From: the human T2T-CHM13v2.0 reference genome, Homo sapiens
Direction: 5' to 3' (one strand)
DNA: 64,000 nucleotides
Assembly (NCBI RefSeq): GCF_009914755.1
Contig: NC_060936.1
The position numbers and the translations under genes were made by a program. Of this stretch, positions 47,326 through 64,000 are shown piece by piece. Position 1 is the stretch's first letter; each line of letters begins with the position of its first letter. A model generated the notes under the pieces. That model made no database searches, was not told the DNA's origin, and saw only the letters and a list, made by a program, of their open reading frames with translations.

Positions 47326-47665
47326 TGAGTAGCTGGGATTACAGGCATGCGCCACCACGCCCGGCTAATTTTCTATTTTTAGTAGAGACGGGGTTTCTCC
47401 ACGTTGGTCAGGCTGGTCTCGAACTCTCAACCTCAGGTGATCCGCCCGCCTCAGCCTCCCAAAGTGCTGGGATTACAGGTGTCAGCCACCACGCCCAGCT
47501 ATTTATTTATTTTTTGAAATGGAGTTTCACTCTTGCTGCCCAGGCTGGAGTGCAACGGTGCGATTTAGGCTCACTGCCACCTCCACCTCCTGTGTTCAAG
47601 TGATTCTCCTGCCTCAGCCTCCCAAGTTGCTGGGACTAAAGGCGCGTGCCATCGCGCCTGGCTAA

Positions 47666-47950
<285 letters not shown>

Positions 47951-48816
47951 TGACCTCCCGAGCTCAAACAAGCCTCCCACTTCAGCCTCCCAAGTAGCTG
48001 GGACCAGAGGTGTGTGCTACTATGCCCAGCTAATTTTTATTTATTTATTTATTTGGTAGAGGTAAGGTCTCATTATATTGCTCAGGCTGGTCTCAAACTC
48101 CTGGGCTGAAGAGATCCTCCAACCTCGGCCTCCCAAAGTACTGGGATTACTGATGTGAGCCACTGTGCCCAATTAATTGATTTTTAACTTTGACTTTGGA
48201 ATATAGCCAACACAAATACCCCTACATGAAACCACCCAGCCCTGCCCACACCCTTACTCTCCTCCTCCTGCACAGTCCATCATCAAGCTTGAGTGAGGAT
48301 CCATTTGTAGGATCCAGACAGCTGAAATATTTCCACCAAAAGACTCATTCCTGAGGGTCAGTGAATTAGGGTCCTGTCCCTTAAGAAATGTAAACATCCC
48401 TGGGAAGGGCTGATGTGTGGGTAAAATCACCTTGCCTTTAACTCTTCAGAATTTGTACATCTGTTAACTTTCCTTTACCTAGACATTCCTCAACAGCTCC
48501 AAGCCTGAGGTCCCCAAAGCTCCAGAGCTCTCCAGGAGACTATAAGGGTATGGGCCAGAAAGTCAAGATCCTGAAGACACACCTTCCCAGCTTGGATCAC
48601 TGATGGTCTTGGATAGTTAAGACTTAGAGGGAATAAAGATCTCCAAGTTCGTTGTCAGCAGTCTACGCTAAACGTGACACTAGGGTTGCTTTCCTGTTTC
48701 TACTCTGGACTCTGTCCTGCTTTCCTCTCCGTCCCCTGAACCTGGCTGGATTCCCCTCCGACCTCACCCCACTCCCCTTTTGCTTGAATTTCTTTCTTTC
48801 TTTTTTTTTTTTTTGA

Positions 48817-48975
<159 letters not shown>

Positions 48976-51429
48976 TAGTAGAGATGGGGTTTCTCCATGT
49001 TGGTCAGGCTGGTCTGGAACTCCTGACCTCGTGATCCACCCACCTCAGCCTCCCAAAGTGCTGGGATTACAGGTATGAGCCACTGTGCCCAGCCCTGAAT
49101 TCTTATCTCACTTACTGACACCAACCATTGTTCAGCTGTTAAAGGTTAGCGATTTTTGTTTTCTCTCTCACTACACAGCCAAATGATCTGAACCGTTTCC
49201 TAGCTCCTTCCCCTCCTCCTCAACCTCAGGACCACTGCTTGAGTTTTAGGGCACCCCGAGTCTCCAGTTCAACTGCAAGACTGTTGCAAGACGGTCTTCT
49301 TGATGGTGCTGCTGATTAAGTCACACTTGTGTCTTTTTTGATGCCTAACTCTTCAGCATGGCACGCAATGACCTTCAAAGTCTGGTATCCACTTCCTTCA
49401 GTCTTATTATCCACATCTCTATTCTCCAGCCACACCAGTTTACATAGCTTCGCTAAACACACCAGCAGACTGGCTGCCTCACCTTTGTAGGTGCTATTCC
49501 ATGTGTCTTAAATGGGGTTTCCAGTCTCAGTTTGGCAAACCCTCATTTATCCTCAAGAGCTAGATCAAATGCACTGTAATTGGATTTCACTGTTCCTTCC
49601 CTTGGGTTCCCATTGAACTTTGCATAATTGTCTGTCTTCTCACCTAGACTGGAACTACTTGAGGAAAGGGACCTACTCCTTCCCTTAGTGCGGTGTCAAA
49701 GTCAACAAACACTCCAATGATTGCTGAATTAATATAATTATTATTAATTACTTTGAGACAGGGTTTCGCTCTGTCATCCAGGCTGGTGTGTAGTGGTGCA
49801 TTCACGGCTCACTGCAGCCTCAACTTTCTGGGGTCAAACTATCCTCCCACCTCAGCCTCCTGAGTAGCTGGGACTACAGGTGCAGGCCACCATGATGCCC
49901 AGGCTGATCTCGAACTCCTGGGCTCAAGCGATCCACCTGCCTCGGCCTCCCAAATTGCTAAGATGACAGGCGTGAGCCACCGGGCCCCCCATGATTGCTG
50001 AATTAAATAGTTGGTGCTTAGTGTGTACTTCACGTGGCGCTGATATGCTGCCTTGCGTTTTGGTCTTTTCATGTGCATGAGGTGTGACCAAGCCTTGATA
50101 TGATTCATTATTTAACAAGAATACCACAATTCATCTATTCAAATGAGGGCTGCGTCTTCAACGCCTTCACCTTGCAGGACTGGATGCTTAGCTCAGTCAT
50201 TGCTTGAAACACTTTTGGAATACCTCTCTTGGAAACAACTTTGGCATCGATAGCACTTTCCTTTCAATATCTTCCACGGTAGCAATTGTTTTTCATTTAT
50301 GCAGCATTTATCATGCACTTCCCTATCCCAGGCACCAGGCTGGATCTGTGTGAAAGATAAGATAAATCAGACATTACTCTGTCTTCAAGGAAGTTTCTGT
50401 TTGGCAAGGGAGATAAGATCTAGACAACCACCCAACACAAGGCTAAGTGATAATGCCCCAGAAAAGGTTGGATTTGATTTTTGGAAAAAGCCAAAAGTCC
50501 TTTGGTTTCAGTCTCCTGGCCAGGTAGATGATGGCGCTGCCTGCCAGCACACTGCTTTAAGCCCGTTTGTCCTAAGCGTCTCCAAACAAGGAGCCCAGCG
50601 TGTTTCCAGCACCTCCTGCCCCAATAAGAGACTCCTGGGCATGTGTGTCTGAAGTCCAGACTCTCACCGATGGCAGTATACACCGAGGCCTCCCCAGCTA
50701 AACTCTGAGCTCTTTGAGGGCAGGTGCTGACGGCTGATCCTGATCTTCACAGTATCTGGACTCATCACACATCTTAGATGAATATTCATTGAGTCACTGA
50801 GCCCAGAAGGCGTCCCATGGCATGCCACATGGACTTCAAATCGAGTGCCCTTTTTCCCATGTGGTTTACTCGTAGTGGCGGTTTTACAGATGCCCAAGGG
50901 GCAGGAGAGAAAAACGGAAAGAGCTAAAGCCGGGGAGGGCAAGCGAGGGGGCACTGGCAGCGGATCTGGGAATGGAGCCCGCGAGTTCCTGCTTCCTGGT
51001 TCCCCGGAGCAAGTGTCCTTTGGTGGGAGCCGCAGGGAAGGGAGCAGCCCTTCCTGCGCGCCGGGAGCCCGCCCCTTCCCCGGCCTCCCAGGGACTCGTG
51101 CGGAGGGACGCCGGGTGGCGGGGCGGGAGTCTGGGCCCCGTCCACCCCCCCGCCCCCGGGACAGCCCCACCCCGGCGAAGAGGAAGGCTCTCGGCTCCTG
51201 GGAAAGGGAGTCGGGACCCCGCCAGGAGGGGAGGGCGCGGGGCGCGCAACGAGCAGCCAAAGAGTCGGAGCGGAGAGATCGAAGGGCTAGTGGGCGTGGG
51301 GGCCGCAGCCGAGGCCCGGGTGGAGGGGTCCCCGCCGTCCCTCGGCCCCCTCCCCCGCCGCCCGCCCCGGCCCGGCCCGGCCCCGCCCCGCCCCGGCGGC
51401 CCGGCCCCTCGCCCGCCCGCGCGCGGCGC

Positions 51430-51602
51430 AGTCTCCTCCCCGAGGTGCCGGTGGCCCCGCCGCCACTCCCTCCGGCTCCCTCCCTCCCGCCGCGGCGCGC
51501 ATCTCATTCCAGCCCTCATTCCGCGCATTCCAGCGTCCTCCTCGCACACTCGAGGCCAGGGGGCGGGAGGGCCGCAGCTCCGGCGCCGCCGCGTCCCGCC
51601 AG
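51430..51602 (+). other. TEAD4: TEAD4 non-coding exon 1 (5' UTR; start approximate)
   Basis: ccag|gtgaga donor at 51602/51603; sequence matches recalled TEAD4 5' leader; TEAD4 is the known downstream neighbour of TULP3. Confidence 0.8.
51505..51531 (+). promoter_or_regulatory. Three tandem CATTCC (MCAT/TEAD) motifs
   Basis: CATTCC at 51505, 51517 and 51526, with 6-nt and 3-nt spacers. Confidence 0.65.
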
Positions 51603-52068
51603 GTGAGAGGCGCCCGCGCCCGCCGCACCCGCCGGCGCCCTCACGGGCCGCGCGCCCCACGCCGCCGCAGCCGACCGCTCGCGCCGCGTGCTCGGCTGCT
51701 CTTTTCTTTCCGCCGCCCGCGTTCCCGCCTTGGACCTCTGGGCTCCGACGCGCTCCGTCCCGACCTCTGGCTTCCCTCCGCGCTCCGGCGCTGCTCGCTG
51801 CCCCTCTCCCGCTTCCCTCCTGTCCGCCCCGCGCTCCCCTCCTCGCTCCCGGTTGACTCACTCCTCCAGGAATAGGGATCCCCGTGTTTTCCCGTCAGTC
51901 CCATTCTGGGAAAACTCCTCCCTCCGCGCGCTCCGCTCCGCTCCGCTGGGCGCACCGGGGCCGGTCGGCGCGGGGTGGGCTTGGCCCCGCGGCCCCGCCT
52001 TCACTGCGCCGCCCGTCGGCCCCGGCCGGAGCCCGGCTCTGCGCGCTGACGCCCTGTCGTCCCCGCAG

Positions 52069-52161
52069 AACGATCGCCGCGGCCGGAAGAGTTGGCGCTC
52101 GGGGCGGACTCCTTGGAACTGGCTTAGCGCACCCATCCCACCTTCCCGCACCCTGGGACCG
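52069..52161 (+). other. TEAD4: TEAD4 non-coding exon 2 (93 nt, 5' UTR)
   Basis: Branch-point-like CTGAC at 52046-52050, ccccgcag acceptor, ccg|gtaagg donor; no ATG. Confidence 0.85.
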
Positions 52162-54249
52162 GTAAGGCTGGGGCGCGGGGACTTGGTAGGACTTTGCCGG
52201 AGGGCAGGAGTCTGCGCGGTGCGTGCGGAGCTCCCTCCCGGGACGAGACTGGGAAGAGCGAGGCACGTGGAGGCGGCGCGACTGAGGCTGCTGGAGGCGA
52301 AGCGGCTCCAGGGGCGGGTAAGGGGGGTGGACACTCGGGACTTTGGGGGAAAGGGAGGCCGGTGTGGAAAGGACCGGAGAGGCAGAACCGAGAGCATCGG
52401 CAACAGAAGAGACCCAGCACCCATGCCTCTTTTCTGCTGGGCCCTTTTCGAGCCTGGAAGGGAGAGACCTGGAGGTAAGCGGACTGCCTGTTTTAAGTGC
52501 AAAGGCGATGCGAAAGTCGGGGGACCCCTGCAAAAGGTCCTACACCTCAGGGCTTGGGAAGCTGCTGTGTTTCCTGATGGGGACTAGTGGATCGATCCAG
52601 GGAGCAGAACTTTCAAACCCCAAAGTGAACATTTCCCCCGTTGTGCTGAGGCACTTGAGGCCCCGCGGACTGACTGCGTCTGTGCTGAGTCTGTGTGACA
52701 CCTGACTGCGAGTCCCCCTCGCTTTGAGTCTCTGTGTGGGTGATGTCTGTTCACGTGTGGCTCACCTTGGCTTCCAGTGGGCGTATTTGTTTGTGTTGAA
52801 CGTGAGTGACAGAGTGTGTGTATATGTCTGCGTGAGAAGGGGCTGTCTGAAAGTGAGTATCTCTGAGTAGGTGTGTGATGCCACGTCTCTTGAGTATGTG
52901 TTTCTCTTCGAGGATGTTGGTTCTGGCTAGGACTGTTCTTCCTCCCTACATAGCCGTGGGCAAGAGTCAGTGTCTCTGGTTGCCTGAGTGCAGGGATAAT
53001 TTGACTGTGGTTTTGGAGTGTGTGGCCTCCAGGCTCCGTTTCCCCTGGACCGGGCAGAGCTGGAAGGAAGCTGGCTCCACCTGCCTCTTGGAGCCAGGAG
53101 GCTGACTTTCTCAGGGCGAGGGTCTTGTGCTTGCCTGGAATAGGTCAAAAAGCTGGTAGGAGGCTGAAGGAAGTTGAGATCTTTGCCTTTGGGGGATGGG
53201 ATGGGCGGGTGAGATTTGGGAAGGTTTGTCGGGGTGGATCCCCGGGAAAAGGAGACAGTTTTGAATCTGGAGACTTGTGTAAATAGTGCTTTTAAGTTGC
53301 CCTCAAGGACAAACAGGGAGGTATACCAGCCTGAACTACTTTTCCTGGTTTAACTCTCCTCGGAGCTGACCAGGTAACCCAGTAGAAGAATCCCTCATTC
53401 TTTCCAACTTGCCAGACACTCAGCACTTCCTTTGAGAAGAGGAATGAGTAGCTTGTTGCATGAGGGCTTCAACGTGGATATCATGTGTAGGGCTTCTTGG
53501 AAGGAAGGAGCCAGAAACTGTCTCGGGGGTTGGGGGTTCTCGTCCTTGCTCCTCCATCCATCCTGAGGATGTGGATGTTCTTGTGGGAAACACCTCACCC
53601 TCTCACCTCTTCGGCCTGGTGTGCGACTGGTCTAAAAGCAGCACTGATGGAGTGGAAAGGGCACAGGTTTGGGGTCAGGCAGACCAGGGTACAAATCCTG
53701 AGTCTCTCACTACCTTTAAGGCTCTCAGGCTGTTTCCTGGTGGGTAATACGAGCGGAGCTTTTCTGTCCAGAAAGTTTCTTGTGAAAAGTCGATGTCTGC
53801 AGAGCCCCCACCCAGCAGCACAGTGCCTGGCACATCCCATGGACTCCATAGGATAGCTGTTGTATCCAGTGTTTCCTTCGCTTATTTCAGTAAGAACCCC
53901 TTTTTCCTAGGGATTAGTGTTTTTTGAATTAGTGTTTCTCTGAGCACCATTTGAGAAACCTTGCCCTGTCTATCATGTTTATTTAGCAAACATGAATCGA
54001 GCATTTACTGTGAGCCAGGCCCTACGCTGTGTTCCGCGTCCTTAGGAATCCAGGGTCCTAGTGGCCCAGGTCAGGAGGGAGGGGGACAGACAGGGCTTTG
54101 TCACCAGAGAACAGAGTGCCAGCTTCTATTTTCTGATTCCAGTTTTGCCTTGGCCCCAGGGTGAGCTTGCTGAACATTATTAGATACCCTAATGTCAGCA
54201 TCTAAGTCCCCCATTTTATTTTATTTTACTTTATTTTTATTTTATTTTA

Positions 54250-54906
<657 letters not shown>

Positions 54907-56589
54907 TAAGTCTCCCATTTTAAAGATGGGGAAACTGATGCTCCTAGAGGGACAGTAACTTGCTTAATGCCGCAACCCTGGTGAGTGGCAGAGCAGGGAT
55001 TAGAACCTATGCTCTCCCCTTGGCGTTCTGTCTCCTGCCCTGTGGATTGCAGTGCTTGTACACCCCCTACTCCCCCTAGCCGCCTTCATCCAACAGGCGC
55101 GGAAGCTGGAGCAGACTGACTTGGGCCATGCCTTGTCGCTCAGATAAGGTTGGTAGGAGGCAGAAATACTCTGCTCCGACCTGGCAGAAAGCACATAGCT
55201 GTTCTGGGGAAGGAGCCATCTCACTGTAGAATCTGTGGAGTCGGGAAGGGGCCCTCGGGTCTTTAAAACACACCCTCCTCTCCCCTTGATGAGCCGGCAG
55301 GTGAAGGTTCTCCCTATCTTTTTAGATCTCCTGGGTTGCAAATGTCACAACCTCCTTTGATTTCCACTCTGGAGTCTTGCCCCGGTGACTGTCACAAAGC
55401 AATGCCTGTTGCCAAACCTGTGGCTCCTCCTTCTCCTTCCCAGTGGAAGTGGAGGACGTTGGTCCCCAGCTTTGGACCTTGCCTTTCCTGCAGTTGAGGT
55501 CAGTCCAGTGGCAGTTGGAAATTCAGGGCTTGTGAGGGTGGCTTTACCTTGCCTGTCTTCCTTTGCCCCCATGACCCTTTGTTGGCCGGGGTTGGACGAC
55601 AGCTCCCTTTAAAGCTCTGAAATTGGAGCTGAACAGCTGCTGTCCAGTAAAGGGGGGTGAGGGGGCTGTCAGCAGCCAGGAGGGCCCAGGTGGAGGTGGG
55701 GGCAGGGCTTTGTCACTGGGGAGAACACGGTCTCCAGCTCCTATCTTCTAATTCCACTTTTGCCTGGACGCTTTCTGAGATGACGGTTCTTCCCTTGCTT
55801 TTGGTTTTTCCCGCTACTATCTGGGAGATTCTAATCACACCTGTGTGATCTGGCCCTGGGGCCCTTAGCTGGTGGGGACTGGATATTTGGGAAAATTTCC
55901 ACTAGAACTCAGGTCTCCAAGATCTATGCCCACGTCCTCCTGCATTTAATACAGGGGGGCTCCTGGAAGGGCCAGAGGATGGGCCAGGCTCCCTGTAGCG
56001 GGGGCTGGCTCCTTGGCTTGGTGTGGGCAGGCGGGCCCCCATGGGTGGGGACTCTGCTTCCTTTGACCCAAACTTCATGGGAACAATAGACTTCAGAGGA
56101 GTCACCAGGGGCAGGAAATGGGAGCTGTGCAGAGCCAGGGGTGACCCTCCTGGGGGATGGGATTGCATATCCGGTAGAGGGTTGGGGGCAGTGCAGAGGG
56201 CGCTGGGGAGGGGCTGATGACACATAGGGTGGGCCTCTGGGGTGGGGCCCTCCTCCAAAGGGGGCCGTTGACTCAGTGTGAAGCTAGAGCTCCGTGCCGG
56301 TTCTGTGCTGAGCTTTCGGCTCTTACTAGCACAGGGCTCGTGTTTGCCAGCCTCCGCTCGTGCCACGCTCGCCCCTGCCAGGACTTGGTCTTCCCCTTCC
56401 CCTCAAGCCCCTGAGATGTCTTTGCGAATCATCCTGGCTGGGATAAAAGGCTGGTGTTGTTGCTCCCTGGCTGGTCTCCACCTTGGCTGTGAGCCTTGGG
56501 CAGTTGTGGCTGGAACGGCGATCTTGGGTTGTGGGCAAAGCTCTGGACAGGGAGTCCCCAGGCTGGGGTCGCTGGACAACGTGAGGGAT

Positions 56590-61095
<4,506 letters not shown>

Positions 61096-61256
61096 CTGTG
61101 AGTGTCTTAACAGAGGCTGGATGAGGACTTAGAACCTGCCAGCATCTGGGTGCTGTCATTTCTCATTTCTAGAAGGTAGGCACCCTTTACAGCAGTAGCA
61201 GGTTAGGTCCATCTGACCTGAAGTCTATTACTTCATTATGTAAAACCACATAAAAC

Positions 61257-61587
61257 TAGTGGGCCCTCTGTATCTGTAGGTTCCACATGGATTCGACCCA
61301 CCCTGGATCGACAGTGTTCAGGGGAAAACATTCCACAGAGTTCCAGAAAGCAAAACTTGAATTTGCTGCTCACTGAATGCTGCATTGAATCCATGCAAAT
61401 GAAGTGATGTGCATGCGTTGTGTTAGGTATGATAAGTTCTCTAGAAATGATTTAAAGCACATGGGAGGATGTGCGTAAGTTATGTGCAAACACTGTACCG
61501 TTTTATATGAGGGACTTGAGCATCCTCGGGTTTCAGTATCCTTAGAGGCCTTGGAACCGATCACCCACAGATACCAAAGGACTACTG
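61257..61587 (-). mobile_element. MER2/MER2B (TcMar-Tigger) non-autonomous DNA transposon
   Basis: Degenerate terminal inverted repeats tagtgggccctctgtatctg / cagataccaagggactactg followed by TA; internal gggacttgagcatcc and gcaaaacttgaatttgc motifs. Confidence 0.82.
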
Positions 61588-62022
61588 TACATAGAGTTTC
61601 ATTATGTAGAACTTACTAGGGATGCTTTGGAGGAGTCTCTGCCCTGCATGGGAAAGGACTAGGTCACCTCCAGGGCCACTGCTTCCTCGAAGATTTTGTG
61701 GTCCTGGGCCTCAGTTTCTCCACATATCAGCATGCGGGGATTCCACTAGATGAAACACTTCGGGATTCCTGCTACAGGGAGGTAGTACAGCGAAGCTGCA
61801 CCTGGAGTTGGAGGCAAGGCTTGGGACGAGGGTGCAGTGTCTGAGCAGTCAGAGGAAGCAGAATGGGGAGATGAGGGAATTATTGCGTGGCTGCCATCGT
61901 CTTTGTCCAAACAAGCACGGTGTTAGGAACAGGCGGAATCTGGGTCTTGCCCTGAGGCTGGAGGGTGGGGAAGATGACCCTCCACAACCCCAGAGAGCAG
62001 TGGCTATCAGTGCAGACTCCAG

Positions 62023-62452
62023 AGTGGTGCTGTCCAATAGAAATAATATGTAAGCCTAGGAGTTACATTTAAAAAGTAAAAAGAGCTGGGTGTGGTGGCT
62101 TTTGCCCATGGTCCCAGTTACTCAGGAGGCTGAGGCGGGAGAGTTGCTTGAGCCCAGGGGTTTGAGACCAGCCTGGGCAACATAGCGAGAACCCTGCCTC
62201 TAAAAAAAAGAAAGGAAAACTTAACTGGTAAAATGCATTGTAATAATATATTCTTTAACCTATGACTACAATATTATCATTTTAACGTAATCAATAGTAA
62301 AAAGTATCAATGAGATAGTTTACCTTCTTTCCACACAAAGCGCTAGAACCGTAGTGTGTATTGTACACTTAACAACACGTCTCAATTTGGACTAACAACG
62401 TTTCTTGTGTTCAGTAACCACGTGGGGCGAGTGGTCGTGGTTGGCACAGTGT
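62023..62452. mobile_element. MER33-like hAT-Charlie relic with an inserted Alu monomer (about 62083-62215); related fragment at about 57600-57700
   Basis: gctgtccaatagaaataatatgtaagcc...tctcaatttggacta...agtaaccacgtgg..agtgg. Confidence 0.7.
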
Positions 62453-63574
62453 GGCTTTCCAGCCAGCCCGCCTGGGTTTGAATCTCTGTTCTGCCACTTA
62501 ACACCTGGGTGGGATAATAAGGTTAATAGAACCAACCTCATACGGTGTATGTGAAGACTAAATGAGTTAATATCTGTAAAGTGCTTAGTTCTTTCCCCGG
62601 CACATAATAACCACTGTGTAAGTGTTTGTCAAATAAATGACCTATAAATGGTTCTTAAAAACTGTCGAAGCTGGAATTTGTAAGAGGTAGGGGGTCGATG
62701 ATGTGTGTGGAAAAACCCAATCGTAGAGTGGCCCTGTGGAGTTACTGATAGTCCACGTTTGTACTGTGGTAGTTCTCCATAATGAAATGGACTTCAGATC
62801 CGAAGATCCTAATCTACTCTTTGCTGTGAAGAGCACCTGCCTTCTGGAAGTGAGAAATGACAGCATCCTGATGACAAGACAGGTTCCCATCCCTCGGCAG
62901 GTGCATCCTGAGCATCTGTCTGCCTGGGGCTTGAACTGTGCCGGGTGGCATGCAGGAAGCAAAAGCATCCTCGGAAATGCTCCGTCGTAAATTGCATGAC
63001 CTCATGTTGGAATGAGAGGTGGGGTCACTTCCAGCACTTGGAGGTTGAAGCAATAGTTGCTGCTTATGCAAGAGAAGAAGTAAGCTGTACCAGTGCCTCC
63101 CATACCTCCTCAGGGCACTGCCAGCCCAGCACAGCCAGCTCTCCTCTCTTGGCATCAGCTCCCTCCGACTGCACCTGCCCTCACCCAATCCACAGCAGCC
63201 ACAGCACCCACGGTGTGCCCGGCACTGTGCTAGGTGCAGCGGGAGTATGGAACGGAAGCCCTGGTTCCTGTCCTCATGGAACTTGCAGGGAAATGGACTG
63301 TGAAGCTAGCAGTAACATACTGCAAGACGAAAGAACGTGCACAAGCAGGGTCTGTGGCAGTGCCTGGTAAAGGATGATTGATTCTGTCCCAAGAGGAGGA
63401 GGCAGTTGAGCTGGCTTTGAGAGTGGGTGGGGTTCTGACAAGCGTGTATATGTGTAAGAGAGAGGGAAGCAGACAGAGAGGAAGAGAAACAGAACTATCC
63501 TTGAGAAGACAGAGAAAATGTGATTTGAGGGCTATTGTCATGAAGTGATGAGAGGAGGGGAGGTAAGTGGGTTT

Positions 63575-64000
63575 TGTTTTTTGCGGGTTTTATTTTTATT
63601 TTTATTTTATTTTATTTTATCTTATTTATTTTTTTGACAGAGTCTCGCTCTGTCGCCCAGGCTGGAGTGCTGTGGTGCGATCTCGGCTCACTGCAAGCTC
63701 CGCCTCCCGGGTTCATGCCATTCTCCCGCCTCAGCCTCCTGAGTAGCTGGGACTACAGGCACCCCCCACCACACCTGGCTAATTTTTTGTATTTTTAGTA
63801 GAGACGGGGTTTCACCATGTTAGCCAGGATGGTCTCGATCTCCTGACCTCATGATCTGCCCGCCACGGCCTCCCAAAGTGCTGGGATTACAGGCATGAGC
63901 CACCCCGCCTGGCTGTGGGTTTTATTTTTATATCCTTTTTTTTTTCTTTCTTTCTTTTTTTTTTTTTTTTGAGGTGAAGTTTCACTCTATCACCCAGGCT
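63575..64000 (-). mobile_element. AluY (about 63590-63914) and the tail end of another antisense Alu cut by the window edge
   Basis: Alu consensus. Confidence 0.88.

Larger units (their letters stand above)
50930..52420. promoter_or_regulatory. TEAD4: CpG island / TEAD4 promoter with GC-box cluster (about 51330-51425)
   Basis: Very high GC and CpG density, Alu-free, repeated CCCGCCCC SP/KLF motifs, no TATA box; flanks two spliced non-coding exons. Confidence 0.92.

Noticed and set aside
50664-52705. Long ORFs (198-325 aa) on both strands in the CpG island
   Set aside because: Pro/Arg/Gly/Ala-rich products expected from stop-poor GC-rich DNA; mutually overlapping; no TEA or other recognisable domain
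56186-56206. CTCF-like motif gcagtgcagagggcgct
   Set aside because: Matches only the 3' half of the core; the 5' CCA positions are all mismatched

Overview
Human (or very close primate) genomic DNA, very Alu-rich. I recognise it from recalled protein and transcript sequence as the TULP3-TEAD4 locus (chr12p13.33). The + strand carries TULP3 (tubby-like protein 3) coding exons 2-11 (1498-31423). These exons total 1288 nt, consistent with the 442-aa protein if exon 1, outside the window, supplies 41 coding nt. An alternative internal donor in exon 11 joins a downstream acceptor to give a 501-aa C-terminal variant. The 3' UTR contains a 7-copy 55/57-bp VNTR and ends near AATAAA at 33206. About 18 kb of repeat-rich intergenic DNA follows, then the TEAD4 CpG-island promoter with non-coding exons 1 and 2 and the start of its long intron 2; the TEAD4 CDS is outside the window. 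Two snRNA retrocopies are present: U7 in TULP3 intron 4 and U6 in the intergenic region. There are also L1, L2, MIR, MLT1, MER2B, MER3 and MER33 relics. Nearly all ORFs in the supplied track are Alu-derived, VNTR-derived or GC-rich artefacts. I found no evidence of a new protein-coding system. The best leads are regulatory or RNA-level: a triple TEAD (MCAT) motif at the TEAD4 start site, a VNTR inside an optional 3'-terminal intron, a candidate intronic poly(A) isoform, an ungapped 117-bp intragenic duplication, and nested retroposition stacks around both snRNA copies.
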